From: Candidatus Heimdallarchaeota archaeon
GTDB taxonomy: Archaea > Asgardarchaeota > Heimdallarchaeia > JABLTI01
Assembly: GCA_019058275.1 (NCBI GenBank)
Contig: JAHLVW010000066.1
Location: forward strand, 128,001-192,000
Length of the DNA: 64,000 nucleotides
Direction of reading: 5' to 3'
The notes under the pieces were generated by a model, which saw nothing but the letters and a program-made list of their open reading frames with translations, had not been told where the DNA came from and made no database searches. Positions 18,742-29,900 of this stretch are shown piece by piece. Both the position numbers and the translations under genes were made by a program. How positions within the stretch are numbered: position 1 is the stretch's first letter; every line of letters begins with the position of its first letter.

Positions 18742-19179
18742 CAGTAACCAAACATCCTACAATTTACTAATATATGTGAATTTACTAGAAAAAAAGCTTT
18801 GTATAGAGCACTAAGGAAAAAAAATTCTTGATTCTTTTCAGAAGGAAATCTTCTTGATACAATAAAAATCATTCAATCACTGTTGGAAACTTAAATCTAG
18901 ATGAAAAAACAAGAATAAGAAACTTCTAGTTTGGATTTTTCTTTGATAAAATTGTCAATTATTTTCTCTCACTAAGAATTCATAATTATCCTACCTATTT
19001 GGAAATTAATCAAAATAAGAAGAAATCTTAAATAACCAATCTTTTAGTTTTTGCGTGTCGACGATCTCAGTATTTAAGAATTATACTAATGTCTTGGTTT
19101 AGACTTAGGAAAAACTTCTTAAAATGAATTCACTCGACGGTTAAATAATTAATATTAGTACACAATTAGGTGCTAAACA

Positions 19180-19668
19180 ATGGCTGATCAAGAAATAAAA
19201 GTTCTCATTGAAGGCGGAAAAGCATCTCCCGCTCCACCATTAGGTCCGGCGTTAGGTCCAACTGGTGTAAACATTGGTGCAGTAATTGGTAAAATCAATC
19301 AAGAGACTTCCCAATTTAGAGGTATGAAAGTACCCGTAAAGATAATCATTCATCCTGACAAATCCTTTGACCTAGATGTAGGTATACCGACCACAAGCGG
19401 TTTAGTTCTGAAAGAAGCAGGATTAGCAAAGGGAGGTCATGGATCAACCGAAGAAGCACCAGAAGAACCTTTTGTAGGTAATCTTAGTTGGGAACAAATC
19501 TTCAAAATAACTGAAATCAAGAAACAAGCTAGTTTTGCTTCTAGCAAGAAGACATTAGTTAAAGAAATTTTAGGAACAATGTTAAGCTGTAAAGTATCTT
19601 GTGAAGGTAAAGATCCTCGAGAAGTACAAAAAGAAATCGACAAAGGTGTCCATGATAGTCGCTTCTAG
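19180..19668 (+). CDS. rpl11: 50S ribosomal protein uL11
   Basis: GGKASPAPPLGPALGP, FRGMKVPV, KEILGT. Confidence 0.96.
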   Translation: MADQEIKVLIEGGKASPAPPLGPALGPTGVNIGAVIGKINQETSQFRGMKVPVKIIIHPDKSFDLDVGIPTTSGLVLKEAGLAKGGHGSTEEAPEEPFVGNLSWEQIFKITEIKKQASFASSKKTLVKEILGTMLSCKVSCEGKDPREVQKEIDKGVHDSRF

Positions 19669-19881
19669 ACAAAAGAAGTAAATACTGACATTACCCAAAC
19701 TTTTATTTTTCTCTTGTTTTGAGTTAAGCTGTGTATGCTACTAAGTATACATTTGAGCCAAAAAAATAACGAACAAAATTGATTTAGAGAAAGACAATGA
19801 ATTTCATCGTTAATCATGAGCTTTACTCTAATGGTTAAATGTTTCAATTTAAGGTTAATATAATTTGAAACCATGTAAGAG

Positions 19882-22014
19882 GTGTTAAAAATTACAAAAT
19901 ATCCTGGTCTGAAATTTATGTTCAGACCCAAAAGTATCGCAGTTATCGGTGCTTCTAAGAAACCTGGGAAAATCGGTTATGAGATAGTGGATAACATTAT
20001 TTCTTATGGTTTTAAAGGAGAATTATATCCTGTCAATCTAAAAGAAACGGAAATTCTCGGGAAAAAGGTTTACAAAACAATTTCTGATGTTCCTGGAGAA
20101 GTTGATTTTGCTGTCATTTCAATTCCTGCAAAATTCGTACCTGCAGCCTTGGAAGAATGTGGAAAGAAAGGTGTCAAATCAGCTGCAGTCATCACAAGTG
20201 GTTTTGGGGAAGTAGGTGACCATGAAACTGAACAAAAACTAGTAGACATTGCTATAAAGTACAATATACCTTTCATCGGACCAAATATCTTTGGTATGGT
20301 ATACACTCCCGCAAACTTAAATGCCTCATTTGGACCTGGTGATGTTAAACCTGGAAAATTAGCTTTTATTACACAGAGTGGTGCATTAGGTATTGCTTTG
20401 ATGGGATGGACTATTACAAATAAAATTGGTCTTTCTGCATTAATTAGCATTGGTAACAAAGCGCAAATTGGTGAGAACGAGCTCTTAGATAGTTACTTGA
20501 AAAACGATCCAAATACAAAAGCAATACTTTTGTATGTTGAGGGATTGAGAGAAGGGCAATTAGCAATGAAGATTTTCAAGGAGGTTGGTTTGAAAAAACC
20601 AATTATTGCTTTAAAATCGGGACGATCAGTAAGAGGAGCAGTTGCAGCAGTAAGTCATACAGGCAGTCTTGCAGGTTCTGATAAGATATATTCTGCTGCT
20701 TTCAAACAAATGGGTGTGCTTAGAGCAATTGATGCTTCCGAAGCTTTTGATTGGGCAAGATGTATCACAAATAACCCACGACCTAAAGGACAGAATGTTC
20801 TTATTATCACAAATGGTGGTGGAGTAGGTGTTATGGCCACAGATGCTTGTGAAGATCACAACATTGAACTTTACAATGATCAAGAAAAACTCAAAGAACT
20901 ATTCTTCAAACCAGAAATAATGCCTCCTTTTGGTTCAACAAAAAATCCTGTTGATATTACTGGTCAAGGTGGGGAATTGGCCTATAAGCGAGCAATTGAA
21001 GCAGCCTATCAAGCTGATGAAATAGATGCAATTGTTGTTCTTTATTGTCAAACTGCTACAACAAATCCTGATTTATTAGCAGATTACGTTATTGAAGAAG
21101 TTAATCAACATAAAGGAAAGAAACCGTTTGTAATTGCTAGTATCGGTGGAGAAGCTGTTGAAGCAATGGTTGATAAATTAAACGAGGAAGAAATTCCTGC
21201 ATTTGATTTGCCTGAAAAAGCAATTTCCGCAATGGCTGCACTATATCGTTGGTCCAATTTCATTGAAAGACAAGAAAGGTTAGGAAAAGATACACTAATG
21301 AAATTGCCATTAGAGGAAATTAACAAGATCATTAAACCGATAAGAAAAGAGGGTCGGGCTCAAATGCTTGAGCACGAAGCTAAAGAATTGTTCAAGCTTT
21401 GTGGTTTAGAAGTTCCTCCATTTGCTTTAGTACAATCTGCAGAAGAAGCTGGTGAAGTGGCGAAAAAAGTTGGTTTCCCGGTTGTTATGAAAATAGTATC
21501 TGAAGATATCATTCATAAGAGTGAAGCTGGTGGAGTTATCATTGGTTTAAATGATATCCTTCATGTTGAAGAAGCATATGACAAAATCATAGAGAATGCT
21601 AAAGCATACAAAACAGGCGCAAATATTCGTGGAATTTTAGTAACACATATGGTACCAAAAGCAACAGAGGTAATTATCGGTGTTACAAGAGATCCATCTT
21701 TTGGACCAGTAGTTATGTTTGGTCTCGGAGGTATCTACGTAGAAATTCTTAAGGACGTCGTTTTCAGAGTTGCTCCATTCCCACCTGATGAAGCTCAACA
21801 TATGATTGATGGAATTAAAGCAAAAGACATGCTTTATGGTGCTAGAGGAAAGAAATCATGTGACATTGATGCACTTAGACATACAATTCACTTAATAAGT
21901 CAATTAGTATCACAAGTAGACGACATAAAAGAACTAGATATCAATCCACTATTTGCTCTTGAAGAAGGAGCAAGTGTTGTGGATGCAAGAATTACTTTAA
22001 CTGATAACAAATAA
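19882..22014 (+). CDS. ADP-forming acetate/acyl-CoA ligase, fused alpha-beta
   Basis: PKSIAVIGAS, TQSGALG, phospho-His SHTGSLAG, NPVD, ATP-grasp HKSEAGGV...ELDINP. Confidence 0.93.
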   Translation: MLKITKYPGLKFMFRPKSIAVIGASKKPGKIGYEIVDNIISYGFKGELYPVNLKETEILGKKVYKTISDVPGEVDFAVISIPAKFVPAALEECGKKGVKSAAVITSGFGEVGDHETEQKLVDIAIKYNIPFIGPNIFGMVYTPANLNASFGPGDVKPGKLAFITQSGALGIALMGWTITNKIGLSALISIGNKAQIGENELLDSYLKNDPNTKAILLYVEGLREGQLAMKIFKEVGLKKPIIALKSGRSVRGAVAAVSHTGSLAGSDKIYSAAFKQMGVLRAIDASEAFDWARCITNNPRPKGQNVLIITNGGGVGVMATDACEDHNIELYNDQEKLKELFFKPEIMPPFGSTKNPVDITGQGGELAYKRAIEAAYQADEIDAIVVLYCQTATTNPDLLADYVIEEVNQHKGKKPFVIASIGGEAVEAMVDKLNEEEIPAFDLPEKAISAMAALYRWSNFIERQERLGKDTLMKLPLEEINKIIKPIRKEGRAQMLEHEAKELFKLCGLEVPPFALVQSAEEAGEVAKKVGFPVVMKIVSEDIIHKSEAGGVIIGLNDILHVEEAYDKIIENAKAYKTGANIRGILVTHMVPKATEVIIGVTRDPSFGPVVMFGLGGIYVEILKDVVFRVAPFPPDEAQHMIDGIKAKDMLYGARGKKSCDIDALRHTIHLISQLVSQVDDIKELDINPLFALEEGASVVDARITLTDNK

Positions 22015-22016
22015 TT

Positions 22017-22039
22017 GAGTGAACTCTGTTCACTCTTTT
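22017..22039 (+). terminator. Hairpin plus T-tract after the acyl-CoA ligase gene
   Basis: GAGTGAAC-tct-GTTCACTC followed by TTTT. Confidence 0.65.
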
Positions 22040-22126
22040 ACTAATTTTTCTTCTTCGATAATTTAAAAAACACTTAAGTCCATCAGAGATAATTGAGAAA
22101 GAAGTTGTGTTGAATTCCAGTAAAGG

Positions 22127-23317
22127 GTGGTAAGTACAATATACAAATTCTATTACAAAAATGGCCTACAATTTGATTTTCCTAATAATCAAAGATTGCT
22201 TATTGATGGAAAAAGTTCTAAGGTTCCTTTAAATGCCCAGACTATTGTAACACATGCTCACTCTGATCATTTCACTTTTATGTATTCTACTCCGAATACT
22301 CGAGCAACACAAGAAACAATTGACCTATTTCTATGTCAAAAAAAGCCAAGTGGTTCAATAAAATTTGAACCAGTTAATTTTAATGAAAAAGTTGAGTTTC
22401 TATCATCGTTAGATGATTTGGATATACGATTAATTCCCTCAGGGCATATTCTTGGTTCTGCATCTGTCTTGATAAGTTATAAAAGCAAAAACATTCTCTT
22501 CACTAGTGATATAGGTGGAAAAGGTCAGCTTACAGTAAAAGACTCAATGAAGGTGCCAAAAGCAGACATCTTGATTATTGAAGCAACATTTGGATCACCT
22601 GAATTATCATTTCCATCAAGAGAAGAAATTTCAATGGACATTTTGAAATGGTCTGCAGATGTAGTTAAAGAAAAAAGAAATGTAGTGTTTTTTGCAGGGA
22701 AAATTGGTTCAGCACAAGAACTGATTAAGATGTATAATAATCTAACAAATCTTCGAGTTATTACACATGGTGAAGTTACTCCTGTTAGTGAAGTCTATCA
22801 GAAACATGGTATAAAATTAGAGTTCTTTGATTCAAAATCTGAGGAAGGGAGAGAAATTCTAAGAGATGGTGAAGCAATCGTTATACAGCCTCGAGGAAAG
22901 AAAATGGTTCCCTTTTTCATTAAAGAACATGTTAATTGTCGTAGTGCAATTGTTACTGGAATGGCCTCAAGGTTTCAATACAAGGATTTTGATGCTGCAT
23001 TCCCATTATCTTCACATGCAAATTATGCTGAATTAGTAGATTACATTAATACAGTATCTCCTGAAATAATCTTTACAATGTATGGTCTCGAGAAGAAACT
23101 TGCAAATGCTATTACAAATGAACTGAAAATTGAAGCAATACCTCTAAGAGAAAAAAAAGAAGAACCTAATATTCAGCAAACAACAAAGATATCTTATGTA
23201 AAGAAAGAAAAATCTCTCACAAGAGATCAGCAAGATTTTAATCAAAAGAAGGATTTACCATTAAAGAAAGATTCCAAAAAAGTAACAACTTTAGATGATT
23301 TCTTTAGTAAAGAATAA
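22127..23317 (+). CDS. Metallo-beta-lactamase-fold (beta-CASP-like) nuclease
   Basis: THAHSDH, SGHILGS, FTSD, IEATFG, LSSHA. Confidence 0.85.
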   Translation: MVSTIYKFYYKNGLQFDFPNNQRLLIDGKSSKVPLNAQTIVTHAHSDHFTFMYSTPNTRATQETIDLFLCQKKPSGSIKFEPVNFNEKVEFLSSLDDLDIRLIPSGHILGSASVLISYKSKNILFTSDIGGKGQLTVKDSMKVPKADILIIEATFGSPELSFPSREEISMDILKWSADVVKEKRNVVFFAGKIGSAQELIKMYNNLTNLRVITHGEVTPVSEVYQKHGIKLEFFDSKSEEGREILRDGEAIVIQPRGKKMVPFFIKEHVNCRSAIVTGMASRFQYKDFDAAFPLSSHANYAELVDYINTVSPEIIFTMYGLEKKLANAITNELKIEAIPLREKKEEPNIQQTTKISYVKKEKSLTRDQQDFNQKKDLPLKKDSKKVTTLDDFFSKE

Positions 23318-23741
23318 TTTCTTGAGGGATATGATGACTGAAGTTTTCTATATGGATTTAGAGCAAATCCAACCTAGTCAACTGTATATTAGCAAACGAA
23401 AATTAAGGAAAATACAGAAAGCAATTGATCCAACAGATGTGTCAACATTAGAAGTGGTTCCAATTAAAAAATTAGGCTCTGATATTATCTATACCGATGG
23501 TCATACTAGAGCATATGCTGCTTATTTAGCTGGAATTACTAGAATTAGAGTCGAATGGGAAACCGAGGATTTAGATTGGGAAATGTATGAGATTTGTGTT
23601 GGTTGGTGTAAGGAAGCAGGTATTTTCACAGTTGTGGATTTTAAAGGTAGAGAGATCGATCAAAAATCCTATAGAAAATTGTGGTATAAACGATGTGCAC
23701 TAATGCAGAATGAAATTAATGAAAACCGAATGAAAGTATAA
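23295..23741 (+). CDS. ParB/Srx-like domain protein
   Basis: IQPSQLYIS and TDGHTR motifs; true start probably a few codons downstream. Confidence 0.7.
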   Translation: MISLVKNNFLRDMMTEVFYMDLEQIQPSQLYISKRKLRKIQKAIDPTDVSTLEVVPIKKLGSDIIYTDGHTRAYAAYLAGITRIRVEWETEDLDWEMYEICVGWCKEAGIFTVVDFKGREIDQKSYRKLWYKRCALMQNEINENRMKV

Positions 23742-23753
23742 TTCAATGTTTCT

Positions 23754-24623
23754 TTATATTATTTTACCATATTTAATATCCCGTGCTTTAATAATTTCAA
23801 TATCACGAGTTAAGCATCCATCTTTTATCTTTTGAATTAACTCAGCATTTAAACTACTTCTATCAATAATTACCCATTTAACTTTCTCATATGTTTTATC
23901 AATCATCTGTCCTACAATTTCAGCTGTTAAATTATTTTTTTGGTATTTAGGCAGAATGTGACCAATTGCTACAGGAGTTAATTCCATGAGTTCATTAAAA
24001 CGAGTTGCATAATGGCCCCCACCAAAACAAATGCTAGGAATAATTTCTTCTTTATCTTGATTTAAACAAATATTCATCAAAGTACGAGCTACCGCTAAAA
24101 CTGCTTTTTCATTATTATACTCTACTTCTGTACTCCCAACTTCAACAAATAGCAAAGGAGTTTTCATACTTGTAGGTCCATGATGAGTAGCTTCTACTGT
24201 AACATCAAATTCATCTAAATCAAGTAAGTCTTTTTCCTTCTTCAATCCCAAATATGATTCTCTGATAGCTCGAGTGCATGCATAAGCTAATTCAACTGGA
24301 TTTCCGCCATGGCTGTTATCCTTGCCTAAATTCCCGGTTACGTGAGTTAATAGACTTGGTTTATTTGCTTCACTTTTATGACGAGAACCATATAGTAGCA
24401 AATCAGAATTCAAAATATCACAATGATCAGCGTTAATAACATCTTTCTCAGAATAGACTAAACGAATCCCCCTAAATTCGTAAATTGGTGTTCCATCAAA
24501 AGCCTCTTCAGTTTCCACAAAATCCCAATTATCCAATAGCGCTTTTCTTATATTTATACCACAAACATTTTGTTTCGTTGTGAGAATAACTGGTTTCTTA
24601 AGCTTCATATTAACACACATCAT
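23754..24623 (-). CDS. dtdA: D-aminoacyl-tRNA deacylase (archaeal DTD2)
   Basis: SRHKS, THVTGN, EATHHGP, FVEVGS, GGGHY. Confidence 0.92.
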   Translation of the reverse strand: MMCVNMKLKKPVILTTKQNVCGINIRKALLDNWDFVETEEAFDGTPIYEFRGIRLVYSEKDVINADHCDILNSDLLLYGSRHKSEANKPSLLTHVTGNLGKDNSHGGNPVELAYACTRAIRESYLGLKKEKDLLDLDEFDVTVEATHHGPTSMKTPLLFVEVGSTEVEYNNEKAVLAVARTLMNICLNQDKEEIIPSICFGGGHYATRFNELMELTPVAIGHILPKYQKNNLTAEIVGQMIDKTYEKVKWVIIDRSSLNAELIQKIKDGCLTRDIEIIKARDIKYGKII

Positions 24624-24624
24624 T

Positions 24625-25538
24625 TTACATCGTTTGTTTACTTTTGATAAACTCTTCTACTTCATCCTTTTTCAGCATACCATCTCGAGCATTTGAAAGA
24701 GTAATTTGCAGTGCTGCACAAGCTGCAGCTCTTGTTCCGATGTCTTTTAAATCTAAACCTTCAAGGTAATAGTGAATGAAACCAGTTGCATAGGCTTCAC
24801 CTGCTCCAGTTGTGTCGATTACAGGGACTTTATAACTAGGGATTTCGATTATTTGTCCATCAGCTAATATATATGATCCATTTTCACCCATTGTTATATT
24901 AAAAATATCAACATTTTATTCATTGCTTTTTTTAGTACAACTTTATTAATTTCTGGAGCATTAAATGCTCTTTGAAATCCTAATTGATTCATAAATACAA
25001 TAGAGTAATCAGCTATAGCTTGTAAAATTTGTTCGCTTGATAAAGACATCATTTATCCTCCTAAATCGATGGAAGAGATTATGTTGAGTTTTTTACACAG
25101 CTTAACTACTTTGAGAGCAATCTCTGCATTAACACTTGAGACATGTACTATTTTCACATTATTCAGCAAATTAGTTGTAATTTCTTTGAGTGAAAGCAAT
25201 TCATTTGCTTCTCTATAACCAATCTTTATGGATTGTCCGTTCTTATCAACTAGTATTATAACAAAACCTGTTGGTACATCAACCTCAACAACAACGTTCG
25301 TAGTATCAACGTTTTCTAAAATGAGCGATTCGATTCCTTTCTTGCCATTATGATCATTACCAACATGGTCAAAAAGTGATACATCAGAACCCAATCTTGC
25401 TAATCCTACTGCAAAATTACAAGCACCACCACCAGGAACGATAGAGAGATTAGATACGATTACTTTGTCATCTGGTTTTGGCAAATGTGGCACTGAGCAA
25501 ATAATATCAACGTTAATATTCCCAATTGTAAGAATCAA
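24625..25538 (-). pseudogene. PfkB/ribokinase-family carbohydrate kinase pseudogene
   Basis: PGGGACN and DTTGAG motifs lie in separate ORFs; in-frame TAA at 25053-25055, 1-nt frameshift near 24915, catalytic GAGD changed to GAGE. Confidence 0.85.
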
Positions 25539-25664
25539 TTTACTCTCAATCCTTAATCATTTATATTTTTGTAGACAAGAATTTGGTTGCTACTTTAATC
25601 TTTTGAAACTGCTAATAAAAAATAAAGGAGGGGAGAACCCCAATAAAATTCATTTTTGTTATTC

Positions 25665-26606
25665 TTAATCTTTCATGAAAGCAAGTAAAACTGCTTTTTG
25701 TGAATGTTTTCGATTTTCAGCTTCATCAAAAACTACACTTTGTTTACTATCAATAACTTCGTCAGTTACTTCATAACCACGATGTGCCGGTAGACAATGT
25801 AAGAATATTGCATCACTCTTTGCATGGCCCATTAATTCTTTGTTTACTGTGTAGTCTTTGAATATCTTCAATCGAATTTCTTTTTGTGCTTCATCGCCCA
25901 TGGAAATCCAAGTATCAGTGTATACAACATCTGCATTCTTAACACCAGAAGGTATGTCTTTAGTTATTTCTAATTTTGTTCCCATTTTCTTAGCAATTTC
26001 TAGAACTTTCTTGGTGATTTTTTCATCTGGTCTGTAATCATCTGGACATACAACTGAAACATCCATGCCCATCTTAGTGCAACCAATCAAAAGTGAATGA
26101 CAGACATTATTGCCATCTCCAACATAAACAAGTTTCAATCCTTTTAATTTGCCTTTATGCTCACGAATTGTTTGTAAGTCAGCAAGAATTTGACAAGGAT
26201 GATAAAGATTGCATAAGCCATTAATAACTGGAATAGTAGAATACTTTGCAAGATCTTGTAGTGTTTTGTGTTTGTATACTCGAGCCATGATACCTCCCAA
26301 ATATCTCGAGAGAACTTGTGCAGTATCACCTGGAGTTTCTCCAGTTCCTACAAGTTGAGTATCACGAAAACTCAAGAAAATTGGTTGACCACCAAGCTCC
26401 CAGATGCCTGCCTCAAAAGAAACTCTAGTTCTAGTTGATGTTTTTTCAAACATCATTCCAAGGCTCTTCTTCAATGGCTCTCTGTTGGGATGCCCACCAT
26501 GTTCTTTAAACTCTTTTTTCAATTCACCCCCTAAATCTAGAAAATACTTTATTTCTTCAGTGGTAAAATCAAATAGAGTTAATAAGTGACGTCCTTTAAA
26601 GTCCAT
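25665..26606 (-). CDS. argF: Ornithine carbamoyltransferase
   Basis: STRTR, HPCQ, GDGNNV, DTWISMG, HCLP. Confidence 0.96.
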   Translation of the reverse strand: MDFKGRHLLTLFDFTTEEIKYFLDLGGELKKEFKEHGGHPNREPLKKSLGMMFEKTSTRTRVSFEAGIWELGGQPIFLSFRDTQLVGTGETPGDTAQVLSRYLGGIMARVYKHKTLQDLAKYSTIPVINGLCNLYHPCQILADLQTIREHKGKLKGLKLVYVGDGNNVCHSLLIGCTKMGMDVSVVCPDDYRPDEKITKKVLEIAKKMGTKLEITKDIPSGVKNADVVYTDTWISMGDEAQKEIRLKIFKDYTVNKELMGHAKSDAIFLHCLPAHRGYEVTDEVIDSKQSVVFDEAENRKHSQKAVLLAFMKD

Positions 26607-26635
26607 AATTATTCCTCGTTCAATATTTTTTCAAG

Positions 26636-26862
26636 TACAGCTGTTTTAATTCATCATTTTAAAATCTGCTGTAGGCTTAAATTCTTTTCACTTCTTGCGA
26701 CCGAGGAAAAGATAAACTCGGATTCACTTGGTTTCAAATAACAACCACTAATAAAATGTTCGTTCTAACTCGAAATTGAATTTTCTGCACATAAGAATGC
26801 TTTTTTTCTCTGAACTGTGAATTATTTGTTACATTTTTTCAGAGAATAAGTTGAAGTGAAAA
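26636..26862 (-). promoter_or_regulatory. Candidate structured 5' leader of argF
   Basis: 10-bp closing stem 26685-26694/26853-26862 enclosing several hairpins, plus hairpin 26636-26673; lies downstream of TATA-like elements at 26881-26909. Confidence 0.45.
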
Positions 26863-26980
26863 ATTATTAAGAGGTTATTCTTATAATTATAAGAAAAAAC
26901 TTATAAAAAGATTCTAAAATAAAATAAATATCAACTGTTAAATAATTCGTGGTAGATAATTGTATAGAGATGGTAAATAA

Positions 26981-29900
26981 ATGATGAGTAAAAGGAACCA
27001 AATAGTATATTGTTTAATATTTGTTAGTTTCTTTTTATTTAGTACTGCTTCTTTTGATTTAAAAGTGTCTTCGGAATCTAATATAAAAATGATTGATCCT
27101 AATTCTGGTTTATTCATCTTTCCTGACATTCATAGCATAGCTGATGAAGAATTAGAGGTATATGCAAAATCGGAACATAACTACGGTTCTGTATTAGAAC
27201 CAAATTATGAGATGATTGGTTCTTATGGTTGGGAAGATAAGGAAGTAGTAGATGACTATGCACCTTTGAACGATTTAAAAATCGCAGTAGACGGCGATGA
27301 TAATATACATATCTTTTGGTCAGGAATTGTTAGTGGGAATTATTACTTGTTCCATCGAATGAAATACAATTCCACAGGATTATGGGGAGAAAAGGAAACC
27401 CTAGGTACTACTAATAGTGAAATTCGTGGACTGATGGATGCTGAAACTGATCCAGATGGAAAAATCCATTTAACTTGGGTGCAATATAATGGGTTGATAA
27501 GATACAAGATTTATGATTATGGAACTTGGATTGACAGAATTGATAACGGCTATGGTTCTAAACCAATTTTGGTGTTTAATGCTGAAGGTGATGCTAAATT
27601 ATTGTATTCCACAAATCCAACACCATATTCGATAGATTTCAAATATTCACAATTTGTTTCTGCAAGTCAAAGATGGATGACGGAAACAATACCTCCTATC
27701 TCTTATAGTTGGTCTTCTCAAGCAAAAAACTATGATATACATATAATTGAGAAGGATGGAAACGATCAAGTATTTTTCATGGTTAGCTCTATTATGCGTC
27801 ATGGTGGATATTATAGTTCATACTATACAGCAGAATATTTTATGCTCTGGAAAGAAAACAGTTCTACAGGATTTGTTGGGGAAGGGTTGTATAGATCAAT
27901 CAATTTGTCAAGCAATTTCTACAATATGCCCCGACCACAGATATTTAGTACACCAAATGGGAATTTGCATGTAATCTATATAGTTCCAAAAGATGGTACT
28001 AGTGCAAATATAGTCTACCAGAAGAGAAAAAGTACTGGATGGACTGAACCAAACGTAATTTCAAGGAATGCTTCCATTAACTGTTACCTATCTGGCTACG
28101 TTGATGATGTCGGAAGAATTATTCTACTCTGGAATCATGTAGATTATGATGGAACAACAGATGCAGCAGTATACACTAAAATTTACAATTCAGCAAAAAA
28201 CGAATGGACAAATGATGCTTTGGTAAATCCAGGGTATGCTTATAGTCAACTTCCAGCGATGGCATTGGATTCAGAAGGAAACATCCATGCAGCATGGATA
28301 AGACAAGATGGAACAGATAGAATTTTGTACTATCGTAAGGGTTGGACAGATTCTGATGATGATGGCTTGTTGAACATAGATGAACGAGAAATCTATGGCA
28401 CTGATCCCTATGATGACGACACCGACGATGATCAAATGCTAGATGGAGAAGAAATAGATAATGGATTTGATCCATTAAATCCGGATGAAGATAGTGACGG
28501 TATGGCAGACGGTTATGAATTTCACTATGGGTTGAATTGGACTACAGATGATGCTTATGATGATCTAGACAGCGACCTTCTACTAAATATCGAGGAATTT
28601 TGGAACAATACTTTACCAAATGATAATGACACAGACAATGATTTAGTTTCAGACTATGATGAAGTGGTAGTTTATCGAATAGATCCTCATAATACAGATA
28701 CAGATGATGACATGGTACCGGATGGCATAGAGGTACATGTTTTAGGTTCCAATGCAAACTCAACTGATACAGACAATGATACAATGAATGACTACTATGA
28801 ATGGTCTTATGGTTTGAAGATACTAGAAAATGATACTTTAGAAGATCCTGATAATGATTTACTGATTAATATTCTAGAGTATCAGCATGGCATAAACCCT
28901 AAGAAAGCAGATCATGATGATGATGGACTTTTAGATGGTCTGGAAGTGCTTGTTTGGTTTACAAATCCAATAGTTAAGGATACTGATATGGACAGCTTAA
29001 AGGATGGTAAGGAAGTCTATGGAATTTATGCTCCAACTAACCCTGGAGCAAATGCAACAGGTTATATTTTTACACATCCAAATAAATATGATACAGATGA
29101 TGATTTCTTGAATGATGGCACTGAATCAAGAAATGATCTTGATCCAAATGATAACGATACTGATGATGATTTGATGGTTGATGGTTATGAGTATAAATAC
29201 AGATTAAATTCAGAAAAGGGGTATATCCCTGGATTAGATCCTTTAGATCCCTCAGATCCGGATTATGATTATGATGGAGACACTTTGACAAATTATGAAG
29301 AATCATTGCTGTGGACAAATCCATTTAGTATAGATACAGATGGGGATAAATTCACTGATCCTGAAGAATTAATTTTGGGCACTAATCCAGCATTGGCAGA
29401 TACAGATGGGGATGGAATTACTGATTATAATGAACTAGTAATTTTCAAAACAAATGCTACCAATGTTGATACAGATTATGATGATTTGGATGATTATTCA
29501 GAAGTTCATATTTATGGTTCTGATCCGTTAGTCACAGATACCGATGGTGATGGTATTCTAGATGGAATAGAGGTTCACACTTATGGAACTCATCCAGCCC
29601 TTACTGATACTGATGGTGATTTAATCGATGATAATGTCGAATTAGTTTTCGGTTCAGATCCAACCAAAAAAGATACCGATTATGATGGAATGGATGATTA
29701 TTTCGAATGGCTATATAATCTTGACCCTAACTATGATGATTCTCACAAAGATGAAGATGGTGACGGGGTAGTTAATATTGAAGAATACATCCATAAAGCC
29801 AATCCTTTAGTGAATGATACAGACAAAGATGGTTTGACAGATTTTCAAGAAATATTCATCTACTACACATTACCCAATAAAGCAGATACAGACGCAGACG

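Noticed and set aside
18742-19020. RNA gene (tRNA, SRP or RNase P) in a long intergenic gap
   Set aside because: Very AT-rich, with no cloverleaf, T-loop or GC-rich stems seen.
23295-23741. Plasmid/prophage partition module or defence island
   Set aside because: A lone ParB/Srx-like domain with no ParA, integrase, transposase or viral genes nearby.
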